IMG/VR virus record: IMGVR_UViG_2579778652_000007
Location: 1-29,045 of that record
Reading direction: 5' to 3' (one strand)
Source: a virus
Lineage: Duplodnaviria; Heunggongvirae; Uroviricota; Caudoviricetes
Length of the DNA: 29,045 bases
In this document: positions 11,548 to 19,869 of the stretch, in pieces
How positions within the stretch are numbered: the stretch's first letter is position 1
How the letters are laid out: the number at the start of each line of letters is the position of its first letter
Translations under genes and position numbers: made by a program
The notes under the pieces: generated by a model
The model's database searches: none
What the model was told of the DNA's origin: nothing
What the model saw: only the letters and a program-made list of their open reading frames with translations

Positions 11548-12221
11548 TGGCACCCACAATTTATCACCGTATCGACGGTACCAAATACAGGAATGTCTGG
11601 GTTGTTGGTGATCTGCATGGTTGCTACACCAGACTGATGTCCGAACTCCATCGTGTGGATTTTGACCCGGCGCAGGATTTACTGATATCGGTCGGCGACC
11701 TTATCGATCGCGGTACTGAAAATGTCGAATGTCTGGAACTATTGCAGATGCCCTGGTTCAGGGCAGTGATGGGGAACCATGAGCGGCTGATGATTGATGC
11801 GTTAAGTCCAGATGGCAACGTGAATAACTGGCTAATGAATGGCGGTCAATGGTTCTTCATGCTGGACGCTGATCAGGAAATATTAGCCAGGGCGCTGGTG
11901 GAGTTGGTAAGACGACTGCCCTATATCATTGAGTTGAACACCGGGCAAGAAACTATCGTTATAGCCCATGCCGACTATCCGGATAATGAATATCAATTCG
12001 GTAAGGAGGTGCCGCTTTTCAACGTTGTCTGGGCGCGCGAGCGTATCAGTGATTCGATGGATGATATTGGTGGCGAAATTTCTGGCGCAGATCGTTTTAT
12101 CTTTGGTCACACTCCGGTGAAAAGCCCGAAGACATTCTGGAATCAGCATTATATCGACACAGGTGCCGTATTTTGCGGAAACCTGACATTGATGAAAGTG
12201 AAAGGTGATGGTGCAGCATGA
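11544..12221 (+). CDS. ppp: Ser/Thr protein phosphatase, lambda PPase family (P1 Ppp-like)
   Basis: Near-collinear with lambda phosphatase: [30 protein letters not shown]; ATG overlaps upstream stop (ATGA); alternative start 11529 or 11547. Confidence 0.9.
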
Positions 12222-12919
12222 AGATTGCTTTAGTTCTTCGCTCTGGTGGTGACTATAACGCTTCCGATGTGCAGTGGCTGGTTAATCAACTGCCAAAAGG
12301 CTATGAAATTATTTGCCTGACAGACCTGAAGCGTTTACATGTACCTGGCGTCAAAGTTGTCCCATTGATCAACCAGTGGCAAAAGTGCCGTGGCTGGTGG
12401 GCGAAAATCGAGTTGTTCCGACCGGATATAACCGATGATCTGTTCTATCTGGATTTGGACACGGTTATTGCCGGTGATATACGCCCAATCCTAGAGAATC
12501 CACCAACCAGCTTCACCATGCTTAGGGATTTTTACCATCCACAATATCGTGGCAGCGGTGCCCTGTGGATACCAAATAGTGTAAAAGCGCATATCTGGAG
12601 TGCATTCTGGCAAGATCCGGAAGGTTGGATTGCTCGTTGTGTTACTACTGAATGCTGGGGTGATCAGGGGTTTTTGCGGAAGGTTATGGGTGATGATACA
12701 CCAGCATTTCAGGATCTGTATCCAGGATGGTTTGTAAGTTACAAGGCCGATGTTGTGGAACCTGGTTCAAAATATGCGAGCGCGCGTTACTCCAGGGGGA
12801 ATGGGGCATTACCAAAGGACTGCCGAATAATCTTTTTCCACGGCAAACCGCGACCTCGCGAAGTGTCAGAGGATTGGCTTCCCCTTATTAGCTCGTTTTT
12901 TGAGCGAGAATCAGAATAA
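12218..12919 (+). CDS. Putative GT-A fold nucleotide-sugar transferase (GT8-like)
   Basis: 233 aa; ATG overlaps ppp stop; FYLDLDTV (DxD) and C-terminal [10 protein letters not shown] resembling the H-x-x-G-x-x-KPW motif of GT8 enzymes. Confidence 0.6.
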   Translation: MKIALVLRSGGDYNASDVQWLVNQLPKGYEIICLTDLKRLHVPGVKVVPLINQWQKCRGWWAKIELFRPDITDDLFYLDLDTVIAGDIRPILENPPTSFTMLRDFYHPQYRGSGALWIPNSVKAHIWSAFWQDPEGWIARCVTTECWGDQGFLRKVMGDDTPAFQDLYPGWFVSYKADVVEPGSKYASARYSRGNGALPKDCRIIFFHGKPRPREVSEDWLPLISSFFERESE

Positions 12920-12920
12920 T

Positions 12921-12937
12921 ATTGCTCTAATAATTCC
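12921..12937 (+). promoter_or_regulatory. C1-operator-like 17-mer ATTGCTCTAATAATTCC (14/17)
   Basis: Begins 2 nt after the stop of the GT8-like gene; forms an inverted pair with 12970-12986. Confidence 0.5.
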
Positions 12938-12945
12938 ATATTTTT

Positions 12946-12973
12946 AAAACGTGATGTACACTCATCACGTTTT
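12946..12973. terminator. Hairpin AAAACGTGATG-tacact-CATCACGTTTT, possible bidirectional terminator
   Basis: 11-bp perfect stem, T-rich 3' flank on plus strand, A/T-rich on minus; centred between the two inverted operator-like sites. Confidence 0.6.
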
Positions 12974-12986
12974 TTATTAGAGCAAT
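12970..12986 (-). promoter_or_regulatory. C1-operator-like 17-mer on minus strand (ATTGCTCTAATAAAAAA; 14/17)
   Basis: Reverse complement of 12970-12986; mirror partner of 12921-12937. Confidence 0.5.
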
Positions 12987-13000
12987 CTACAAGGTGCACT

Positions 13001-13219
13001 ATGTGGCCATTCCGACGGAAATATCACTACTGGCTGATCGCCTTTGTTACGCCGACCGGCGGTATCAGGCATGTCATCACCAGGTATCGCAACAAGAGAC
13101 TCACCTTAGCCAGAATTTTACAGGCTGCCATAGGTGAGGGACTGGATACAAATTGCGTAGTCCTTCCTCCTTCATACTTAGGAAAAATGACCGAAGCACA
13201 AGCTAATACGGAACTTTGA
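13001..13219 (+). CDS. Hypothetical small protein (72 aa)
   Basis: ATG with AAGGTG 4-5 nt upstream; stop 1 nt before next ATG (TGAAATG), suggesting translational coupling. Confidence 0.45.
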   Translation: MWPFRRKYHYWLIAFVTPTGGIRHVITRYRNKRLTLARILQAAIGEGLDTNCVVLPPSYLGKMTEAQANTEL

Positions 13220-13220
13220 A

Positions 13221-14483
13221 ATGAGCACTTCAGCACAAAACCAATCAATCGAAAATGTATCTATCCCTGATGTCCTGAATGCCGGTATCCCGGCCATTAT
13301 CCAGAACATCCGGGCCGCGCAACGCCGCGTTAGTTGTGATGACCTCACAGCACGTTTTTTTGATAATGCGGTTCAGTCAGCGGAGATGCTTCACGCACAG
13401 CTTATTGATGTTTATAACGCAGAAGCTGATAGCCATAACTCCCTGGTAGATGCAGCTGAAAATATGCAGTTGGATCTCGGTCTGAAGGGTAAAGAAATTG
13501 AAGAGCTTCAGCTGCAAATTGAACATTTGAAACGCCAGCAACAGGACGCGATCGACGATGCGACGCATGACGCCAACCAGCGTGCTGATAATGCCGAACG
13601 TATAAGCATTGAGCTGGAAACAAAACTCAATGAAATGACCGCGATGGTTGAACTGCGGAACTTACAGATTTCAACGCTAAAATCTCAATATAAAGAGATC
13701 ATGAAACTTGATCCTTTTAACCTTGAGAAACGCTATAACAAAGCTAAAAGCGAGCGACAGGAACTGCGTAAGCAGGTCGCCGACCTTAACCAACAGCTCA
13801 AAAAAACTATTAAAGATGCAAGCGAAGCGCGCGTGGCATTTGCTAATAAAAAAGCAGAGGTTACCGCGCTGGTTAATGAGAATGCCAAATTTGCGACGCT
13901 CAAGAAGGAAATGTATGGCATTACTGAGCGCCGTTTCCCTGCAAGCAAACTTCATCCGACGTTAGGGCAAATCTCCTTCTTCCCGCGCCTCCTGGCTTAT
14001 GGGATCTCATCGCCTAAAGAGTTCAATAACGAGCGTCCTTATATCGTTTCTAAGCTGGACTTTGCTTATCAGTTCTGCTGCGACATGGGCTATGCCATTG
14101 ATATCCGGATCAACGAATGGTTGATGCCAAACTTCCAGCCGTTGGCCATTTTCCGCGAGTTCCAGCCGGAAGGTTGGGTAGAGTTCTTCCATGAATTGAT
14201 CTGTAAAGAGATGGAAAGCCGCCGCCCGGAACTGGTCCGCCGTGTCGAGTGGGCGCAAGAGGTTATGTTGGCAGATGCAGAGCTGCCGTTCGAACCGGAA
14301 TTTATTGATGATCTGGCAGCTAAAGGGCTGCATACCCTGTTTGATGTGGTTACCCGCCGTCATGAGCAGTTGGTTGTCGAATTGGGTTTAGAGGAAACAG
14401 CGGCAAGAAGACTTCTCGATGTTTGCTATGCACGTAGCGATGCATGGGAAAAAGAGAACGGCGGCACTATTTACGTTCGCTGA
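13221..14483 (+). CDS. Hypothetical protein with long N-terminal coiled coil and distinct C-terminal domain
   Basis: 420 aa; residues about 60-230 heptad-like and charged (ELQLQIEHLKRQQQDAIDD...); C-terminal 190 aa Trp/Phe-rich. Confidence 0.75.
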   Translation: MSTSAQNQSIENVSIPDVLNAGIPAIIQNIRAAQRRVSCDDLTARFFDNAVQSAEMLHAQLIDVYNAEADSHNSLVDAAENMQLDLGLKGKEIEELQLQIEHLKRQQQDAIDDATHDANQRADNAERISIELETKLNEMTAMVELRNLQISTLKSQYKEIMKLDPFNLEKRYNKAKSERQELRKQVADLNQQLKKTIKDASEARVAFANKKAEVTALVNENAKFATLKKEMYGITERRFPASKLHPTLGQISFFPRLLAYGISSPKEFNNERPYIVSKLDFAYQFCCDMGYAIDIRINEWLMPNFQPLAIFREFQPEGWVEFFHELICKEMESRRPELVRRVEWAQEVMLADAELPFEPEFIDDLAAKGLHTLFDVVTRRHEQLVVELGLEETAARRLLDVCYARSDAWEKENGGTIYVR

Positions 14484-14503
14484 CAGTTACAGTGTCACTT
14501 TTA

Positions 14504-14537
14504 ATGCTGGTGGAGTGCGCCCACCAGCATTTTTTTC
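14504..14537 (+). terminator. Rho-independent terminator
   Basis: ATGCTGGTGG-agtgcgc-CCACCAGCAT followed by TTTTTTT, 21 nt after stop at 14483. Confidence 0.85.
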
Positions 14538-14555
14538 GTCCAATGAGGAGGGCAT

Positions 14556-15062
14556 TTGAGTATTTTCAATAAACACGCACACCAGGAACGTCCGTATATC
14601 GTCATAGTTGATATTGATGGAACAATATCAGAGGCAACTGAAGACAGACTGCATTTGCTTCCGCCACCAGGTAAAGGTGCATTAACAAAGGACTGGAACG
14701 AGTTTAATCTCGCCTGTGACACCGATACTCCCATCACTCCAGTTATTGATATGGTGCGCCAGTTATTTAACGTTTACACGGTCTGGTTTGTAACCGGGCG
14801 CTGTGAGATCGCAAGGGATAAAACACGAGCCTGGCTGCGGAAGTACGTAACAAACGGGGCTGAGCCTTTGCTATCTATGCGTCCTGCCACCGATGACAGA
14901 AATGACGGCCCAGCAAAGATTGATCTCCTTAAGAAAATTGGTCTAAGTAAAATCGCGTTCGCGCTGGAAGATAAGATTGAAGTGGCGCGTGTTTTCAGGA
15001 GGCACGGCGTGCTTACGTTAATGGTCAGGGAGTATGAAAACGCGCTTCTCCATCAACAATAA
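14556..15062 (+). CDS. HAD-superfamily phosphatase (DxDxT; P1 Pap-like by family and position)
   Basis: TTG start with GAGGAGG 5 nt upstream; N-terminal IVIVDIDGTISE (DxDGT motif). Confidence 0.7.
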   Translation: MSIFNKHAHQERPYIVIVDIDGTISEATEDRLHLLPPPGKGALTKDWNEFNLACDTDTPITPVIDMVRQLFNVYTVWFVTGRCEIARDKTRAWLRKYVTNGAEPLLSMRPATDDRNDGPAKIDLLKKIGLSKIAFALEDKIEVARVFRRHGVLTLMVREYENALLHQQ

Positions 15063-15078
15063 TTGCTCTAATAAATAT
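15062..15078 (+). promoter_or_regulatory. C1-operator-like 17-mer ATTGCTCTAATAAATAT (16/17)
   Basis: Overlaps last base of the HAD phosphatase stop; precedes the accessory cassette. Confidence 0.6.
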
Positions 15079-15160
15079 TGATTTTTAAAACAGAGGAAGT
15101 GAAAATAAAAACATGCCGCAAGGCGCGGCATGTATCCAATCAATCACAGGAGCTGAAAAT

Positions 15161-15247
15161 ATGAACACGGCATTCAAAATCATTATGGCCGCGATCTATT
15201 TCTGGCTGTTCTCTATCACTTTTGGCGGCATCGTCGCACATGGGTAA
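15161..15247 (+). CDS. Possible 28-aa hydrophobic peptide
   Basis: RBS CAGGAG 6-7 nt upstream; MNTAFKIIMAAIYFWLFSITFGGIVAHG; too short for ORF track. Confidence 0.3.
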   Translation: MNTAFKIIMAAIYFWLFSITFGGIVAHG

Positions 15248-15256
15248 GGGGGATGC

Positions 15257-15838
15257 ATGAAAGGCGAAGTGAAAGAGCGCGGCATGATTTTTAACGATGA
15301 GATGGTCCGGGCAATTCTTGGCGGGAATAAAACACAGACTCGCAGGATTGTTGAAGAAAAATTCTATGGACGGGCAGTGGCCGCAGAGTTGCTTGCCAAG
15401 CATTGTCCATATGGTCAACCGGGCGATCGTATTTGGGTTCGCGAAACCTACCGGGTACATGGCAAAGCGACGGACGTCGCAACGCTGGTTTATCGCGCAA
15501 GCGTGCGTAACTCCTGGACAGAACAAACGCACCGGGTTCCGGTCGAGGTTTGTAATAAACCAGTATCAGAAAAGTGGACGCCATCAATTCACATGCCGCG
15601 CTGGGCATCGCGCATTCTTCTGGAAATTACCAACGTGCGCGTTGAGCGGTTGAACGATATCAGCGAATGCGATGCAAGGGCTGAGGGCGCACCAACAGAA
15701 TCGACCCTCATTGGCGATAAGCATTACCCAGGTTTCCGTAGCCTATGGAAATCAATTTATGGCGAAGATAGTTGGAACGCTAATCCTTGGGTGTGGGTAA
15801 TAGAGTTTGAGCGTATTCAGGGGGCAACCAGTGAGTGA
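15257..15838 (+). CDS. ASCH-domain-like protein
   Basis: 193 aa; MIFNDEMVRAILGGNKTQTRR resembles ASCH G-x-K-T-x-(E/Q)-x-R signature; RBS GGGGG 5 nt upstream. Confidence 0.7.
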   Translation: MKGEVKERGMIFNDEMVRAILGGNKTQTRRIVEEKFYGRAVAAELLAKHCPYGQPGDRIWVRETYRVHGKATDVATLVYRASVRNSWTEQTHRVPVEVCNKPVSEKWTPSIHMPRWASRILLEITNVRVERLNDISECDARAEGAPTESTLIGDKHYPGFRSLWKSIYGEDSWNANPWVWVIEFERIQGATSE

Positions 15839-16091
15839 GTCAAAATGCCAAATTAATGGCAACAAGATAGAACCGTGCGCGGCGTTGGCACAATCCCTGG
15901 AGCATGACGCTGAATACACGACGCGAAAAGGTCTGCTGAAATACAAAATCTATAACCATGAATTAATTCATTCACAAGACCTGATCATGCTGCGGTCTGG
16001 TGAATTTTCTAAATCGCCTATTCGAGTTTCATTTTGCCCGTTCTGTGGTGAAAGTCTGAAAACGTGGGAAGCGGAGGCAACCAGTGAATAA
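15831..16091 (+). CDS. Small hypothetical protein with C-terminal CPFCG motif
   Basis: GTG start overlapping upstream stop (GTGAGTGA); ORF track gives 15807 (TTG) as longest start. Confidence 0.45.
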   Translation: MSESKCQINGNKIEPCAALAQSLEHDAEYTTRKGLLKYKIYNHELIHSQDLIMLRSGEFSKSPIRVSFCPFCGESLKTWEAEATSE

Positions 16092-16728
16092 CCGCTTTTA
16101 CATGATGTGCTTGCGTGAAACTGTGGGTAATAACGCCTCATTCCATTGCCATAACGGCAATGGTTACAGTTCTGATATCGATCGCGCTCATGTTTACACG
16201 CTGGAAGAAGCCCAAAAAGCCTGGAATTGTGGACGAGATATCGATCAGCCTGTTTGCGCTGATAGCGTGGATGCAATGGCTGTGTGGCACGTTGATTGCC
16301 AGTACATCCCCACAGAAAGCCTGATTGAGTCAGATTGCACTGCGTATGTGGCCTACAAAAAAGGTAGCTGGAACGGCAACGATGTTTACTGGCTTCAACA
16401 CGGTGGATTGCCAACAGATGACTTCAGTAAGGTGACCATCTTTAGCGTCGCCAACAAAAACGAACCAGGAATAGTTTGGTTGCCATTTTCCATTGCTGAT
16501 GCAGCAAAGCGTCGGACGTTCAATATCAATAACTTTAACCGCAGAACAATGGTTCAGGGCGCAGGTTTGGTCATGCCTGACTGGTTGAAAGAGCAGAACA
16601 GAAGAAAGAAGTCGCGAAGCGGGAAGGTGCGTTGGAATTGTCCGCATTGCGGAAAAATAACCTGGCAGTACAGCCCATATGATTTTGAAGGCTGTAGTGA
16701 TTACAACTGTGAAGGATGGCGAGAATGA
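16084..16728 (+). CDS. Cys/His-rich hypothetical protein
   Basis: 214 aa; GTG start with GGAGG 8 nt upstream; motifs FHCHNGNG, WNCPHCGK, CEGW. Confidence 0.6.
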   Translation: MNNRFYMMCLRETVGNNASFHCHNGNGYSSDIDRAHVYTLEEAQKAWNCGRDIDQPVCADSVDAMAVWHVDCQYIPTESLIESDCTAYVAYKKGSWNGNDVYWLQHGGLPTDDFSKVTIFSVANKNEPGIVWLPFSIADAAKRRTFNINNFNRRTMVQGAGLVMPDWLKEQNRRKKSRSGKVRWNCPHCGKITWQYSPYDFEGCSDYNCEGWRE

Positions 16729-17354
16729 CAATTGACTATCAGGCACTGCGTGAGGCGGCGGAACGTGCAATTCCAGCAATGGAACGCCTGTTAATGTTGC
16801 CAGCTGATGATGATTTGTTAAGTGAACAGGAACTTAAAGATTACGGTGTGGGTATTGATGCGCTCAACGCCTTCAAATTTCTGGCCGGACCAGAAACCGT
16901 GCTGGCACTGCTGGATGAACGGGAAAGAAACCAGCAATACATCAAACGCCGCGACCAGGAGAACGAGGATATTGCGCTAACGGTTGGGAGGCTGCTAATC
17001 GAAAACGGCCAGCTTGTTGCCGATACGCTACGCCACTTAGCTGATAACGAAATCGACTCTGATTATTTTGCTATCACCTCAACGAATGAGAACGGTACTG
17101 AAATTGATCATGAGATGGCTATTACCGATTACGCACTGCAAGCTGCCGGAACTGTAGACGAATTGGTTGCGGCGCTGGAATCCGCAGAGAAGCGCATTGC
17201 AGAACTGGAAGCGCGGGAAATACTGCTCCCGGAACGTAGCAGCATGCTTCATCGAACAGATTTTCACGATGATTACCAAACGGTAATGGCATACAAAGTT
17301 TCTGAAGTCATCGATGCAATCCGCGCTACTGGCATTCGCATCAAAGGAGAGTGA
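16725..17354 (+). CDS. Ea22-like (ead/Ea22 family) protein
   Basis: N-terminus MTIDYQALREAAERA and acidic coiled-coil body typical of lambdoid Ea22-like proteins; ATGA overlap with upstream stop (alternative start 16716). Confidence 0.7.
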   Translation: MTIDYQALREAAERAIPAMERLLMLPADDDLLSEQELKDYGVGIDALNAFKFLAGPETVLALLDERERNQQYIKRRDQENEDIALTVGRLLIENGQLVADTLRHLADNEIDSDYFAITSTNENGTEIDHEMAITDYALQAAGTVDELVAALESAEKRIAELEAREILLPERSSMLHRTDFHDDYQTVMAYKVSEVIDAIRATGIRIKGE

Positions 17355-17355
17355 T

Positions 17356-17565
17356 ATGGCTATTGCCGCAAGTTACACCATGCATCTCTACTGTGATTGT
17401 CGCCAGTGTACAAATGGTAAATATCAAACGCCAGACTTCGGTGAGTATATCGGTACGTCATGGGCTGGCTGTGCAAAAGAGGCGCGCAAGGATGGCTGGC
17501 GAATAAGCAAAGACAAAACGCGTGCTTTTGCGCCCGGGCATAAAGTTTTGAGGATTAACAAATGA
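17356..17565 (+). CDS. Small Cys-rich hypothetical protein (70 aa)
   Basis: ATG with AAGGAGAG RBS; YCDCRQC motif; ORF track gives longer 17314 start overlapping upstream gene. Confidence 0.55.
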   Translation: MAIAASYTMHLYCDCRQCTNGKYQTPDFGEYIGTSWAGCAKEARKDGWRISKDKTRAFAPGHKVLRINK

Positions 17566-18449
17566 CCACTATTACCAAAGAGCGACTGCTGACAATCAAG
17601 CAGTGGCGCGAAACATACGGACCTGGTAGCAACGTTGTACTGCCAGCAGAAGAAGCGGAAGAACTGGCACGAATTGCTCTGGCATCGCTGGAAGCAAAAC
17701 CAATAGGTGCATTCCACATTGCAGAACAGCAAGTTGACGGCACAAGTGACTACCTCAAGGATGGAGAATGGCCTATTGATAATGGAATTATTGAGGTCTA
17801 CGCCGCTCCACCCGTTCCAGTAGTACCGGAAGAAAAACCAATGCCTAATCCTCTTAGCATGTACGCGGTTGATGCTGTTGCCGCTATTGCAGAGGTGATA
17901 GGCTGGAATGCCTGCCGTGCCGCTATGCTTCAGTCCGGAAACTTTCGGGAAAACAAGAATTCGTCAACCAATAATTTTCGGGAAATCGCGGAAACGTCAA
18001 CCAACTATCCGGTAATTCCTAGTGAGGTGTTGTCCGCAATCTTGAAGGTTGCCAAGATTCGTGCCGATTTCGATGATTTTGACGGTGACAGGCGAGGTAT
18101 CGGTGATTGTCTGGATGAGGCTGAGCAAGAGCTTATCGTTACCATTAACAAATATGCCAGTCAGTTGGCAGCAGAACCTATAGCGCCTAATGACGTTCGA
18201 GAGCAGACAGCCATTCCGCAAGTTCCGGTAACTCCGGATGGTTGGATAAGCTGTAGTGAGCGAATGCCGGATACCAAAACAGCCGTTCTTGTTGCCAGGG
18301 AGTTTGACAGGAAAGGTGACTGGCGAATGAAATGGGCGACTTACATCCCGGGGCATCCTGACGCTAATGATGGGTGGGTAATACCTGGTGCGTCGTGGAT
18401 TCCATCACACTGGATGCCGCTACCAGAACCGCCGCAGGAGGCGAAATGA
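17562..18449 (+). CDS. Hypothetical protein with DUF551-like C-terminus
   Basis: 295 aa; C-terminal DGWISCSERMPD...WMPLPEPP resembles DUF551; ATGA overlap with upstream stop. Confidence 0.7.
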   Translation: MTTITKERLLTIKQWRETYGPGSNVVLPAEEAEELARIALASLEAKPIGAFHIAEQQVDGTSDYLKDGEWPIDNGIIEVYAAPPVPVVPEEKPMPNPLSMYAVDAVAAIAEVIGWNACRAAMLQSGNFRENKNSSTNNFREIAETSTNYPVIPSEVLSAILKVAKIRADFDDFDGDRRGIGDCLDEAEQELIVTINKYASQLAAEPIAPNDVREQTAIPQVPVTPDGWISCSERMPDTKTAVLVAREFDRKGDWRMKWATYIPGHPDANDGWVIPGASWIPSHWMPLPEPPQEAK

Positions 18450-18706
18450 TGGATGTAAAAGAGAAGGTTTTGCAGGTGATGCGTTCCCGTGCTGCCCTAC
18501 AAGAGAAAGCTCTCGGCGGTGAATATCCATTCACGATAGCAACCTGGAATCTGCGGTTGGCAATGGAGAAGGAATTTCCTGATGAAGAATGGCGCTCGGC
18601 AGATTTGCGCAAAATTCTTATGGAGCTGGCTAAAGACGGAACAGTATCCAAAGATACCCATGCCAGCCGGATTGGTCAGGCGGTATGGAGACTTGAGGTG
18701 CGGTAA
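18446..18706 (+). CDS. Hypothetical small protein (86 aa)
   Basis: ATG overlapping upstream stop (ATGATG); ORF track gives longer 18374 start. Confidence 0.5.
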   Translation: MMDVKEKVLQVMRSRAALQEKALGGEYPFTIATWNLRLAMEKEFPDEEWRSADLRKILMELAKDGTVSKDTHASRIGQAVWRLEVR

Positions 18707-18780
18707 TGAGCTGGCCTGAAGCATTTGCGATTGTAGGCGTAGCTATGGCGATTGCCGCTATTTTTATCTTCTGGGGGTAA
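18706..18780 (+). CDS. Possible 24-aa hydrophobic peptide
   Basis: ATG overlaps upstream stop (TAATG); MSWPEAFAIVGVAMAIAAIFIFWG; 2 nt before next ATG. Confidence 0.3.
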   Translation: MSWPEAFAIVGVAMAIAAIFIFWG

Positions 18781-18782
18781 CG

Positions 18783-19016
18783 ATGGGAAAATTAACTTTT
18801 GTTGTCGAATTTGAGGATGGCAAAGAGCCACCTGTTAGCGCCAATCTTGATGTTGCTGGTGGCAGGCTGGTTTCGGTTCTATTTGGTGATTACCGCGACG
18901 ACTTCTTTCAGCCTGAAGAAGTTGATGTAGTGCGAGAAGCATTAAACGAGCTAAGTGTTGATAACGATGATGCTCATGCGGAAATCATCAAAAAAATGGA
19001 ACTGCTAACTCACTAA
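18783..19016 (+). CDS. Hypothetical acidic small protein (77 aa)
   Basis: ORF-track ORF; tight spacing with neighbours. Confidence 0.5.
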   Translation: MGKLTFVVEFEDGKEPPVSANLDVAGGRLVSVLFGDYRDDFFQPEEVDVVREALNELSVDNDDAHAEIIKKMELLTH

Positions 19017-19064
19017 ATTATCAATTATGGTGCTATCACCTACGACACCGAGAGAAAATTTATA

Positions 19065-19187
19065 ATGTCAAAAGTAAATGTTTTGATTTTTTCAGCAATT
19101 GTTGGCTTTGGTTTTACTGCCGGAGTGCAGATTTATATTGCGTGGGAAAAAATCATCAACTACGCATGGAGTTGTTTTATTAAGTGA
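19065..19187 (+). CDS. Possible 40-aa hydrophobic peptide
   Basis: MSKVNVLIFSAIVGFGFTAGVQIYIAWEKIINYAWSCFIK; stop 8 nt before next ATG. Confidence 0.3.
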   Translation: MSKVNVLIFSAIVGFGFTAGVQIYIAWEKIINYAWSCFIK

Positions 19188-19194
19188 GGTAAGT

Positions 19195-19488
19195 ATGTGG
19201 AGAGGTAATAGTCATGGCAAAAGCCAGATGATACTTACCGAATATCAGTTTGACCATAAAACCAATAAATCACGTTCAGTATATTTGCTTCGGCACAATA
19301 GCCGCGTAAGGAATACCGTACTGGAGCAAAATCTGACTGTTGAAATGGATAATTACGGTGGCTTCAAGCCAACAATTTCGCTTGATGATTTTCCTCGTGG
19401 TTTAAGCGAAAGAGAAGCAATGCTGAAATTAGCAGAATGGCTACAAAGATTAAGCATTGCTATTGAAGATAACTGGTCTGAACCTTAA
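19195..19488 (+). CDS. Hypothetical protein (97 aa)
   Basis: ATG with GAGG 6 nt upstream; ORF track gives longer 19099 start. Confidence 0.5.
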   Translation: MWRGNSHGKSQMILTEYQFDHKTNKSRSVYLLRHNSRVRNTVLEQNLTVEMDNYGGFKPTISLDDFPRGLSEREAMLKLAEWLQRLSIAIEDNWSEP

Positions 19489-19494
19489 ATTTAT

Positions 19495-19869
19495 ATGATG
19501 ACACTAAAACATTTTCTTGACCGCCCATTATGGGCGGCAGCCGCAGGCTATGACTTTAATTATATGGATTGCATGTCTTATACTGCCAATGCATACGACC
19601 ATTCGTTCAGCCTGCTGTTTAATTCTTTAAGAATATTGCCGGAAACAGAAGTTGGAGAGCTTCATTTATGGCTATTGGGCTTTATCGCGGCTGTCGTTGG
19701 TATTGCTGTATGGCCTTTTATTTTCTGGCTGGTGGCTGTTGTAGTGTGGTTTAAGTGCAAGACGTACCGGAGAAAGTATTTCTTAGGTGATGGAATGACT
19801 GATATTGCCAAAATGAACATTGAAAAATGGACTAAGGAATGTGAAAAGAAATGGCGCAAAAAGAAATGA
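19495..19869 (+). CDS. Hypothetical membrane protein (two predicted TM segments)
   Basis: 124 aa; hydrophobic stretch LWLLGFIAAVVGIAVWPFIFWLVAVVVWF; Lys-rich C-terminus. Confidence 0.6.
   Translation: MMTLKHFLDRPLWAAAAGYDFNYMDCMSYTANAYDHSFSLLFNSLRILPETEVGELHLWLLGFIAAVVGIAVWPFIFWLVAVVVWFKCKTYRRKYFLGDGMTDIAKMNIEKWTKECEKKWRKKK

Noticed and set aside
15112-15132. Hairpin CATGCCGC-aaggc-GCGGCATG as a terminator
   Set aside because: No downstream U-tract; lies between an operator-like site and the next RBS, so more likely a leader structure.
15140-15653. Overlapping ORFs 15140-15532 (minus), 15291-15608 (minus) and 15297-15653 (plus)
   Set aside because: Alternative-frame ORFs across the ASCH-like gene; only the 15257 frame carries a recognisable domain motif and RBS.
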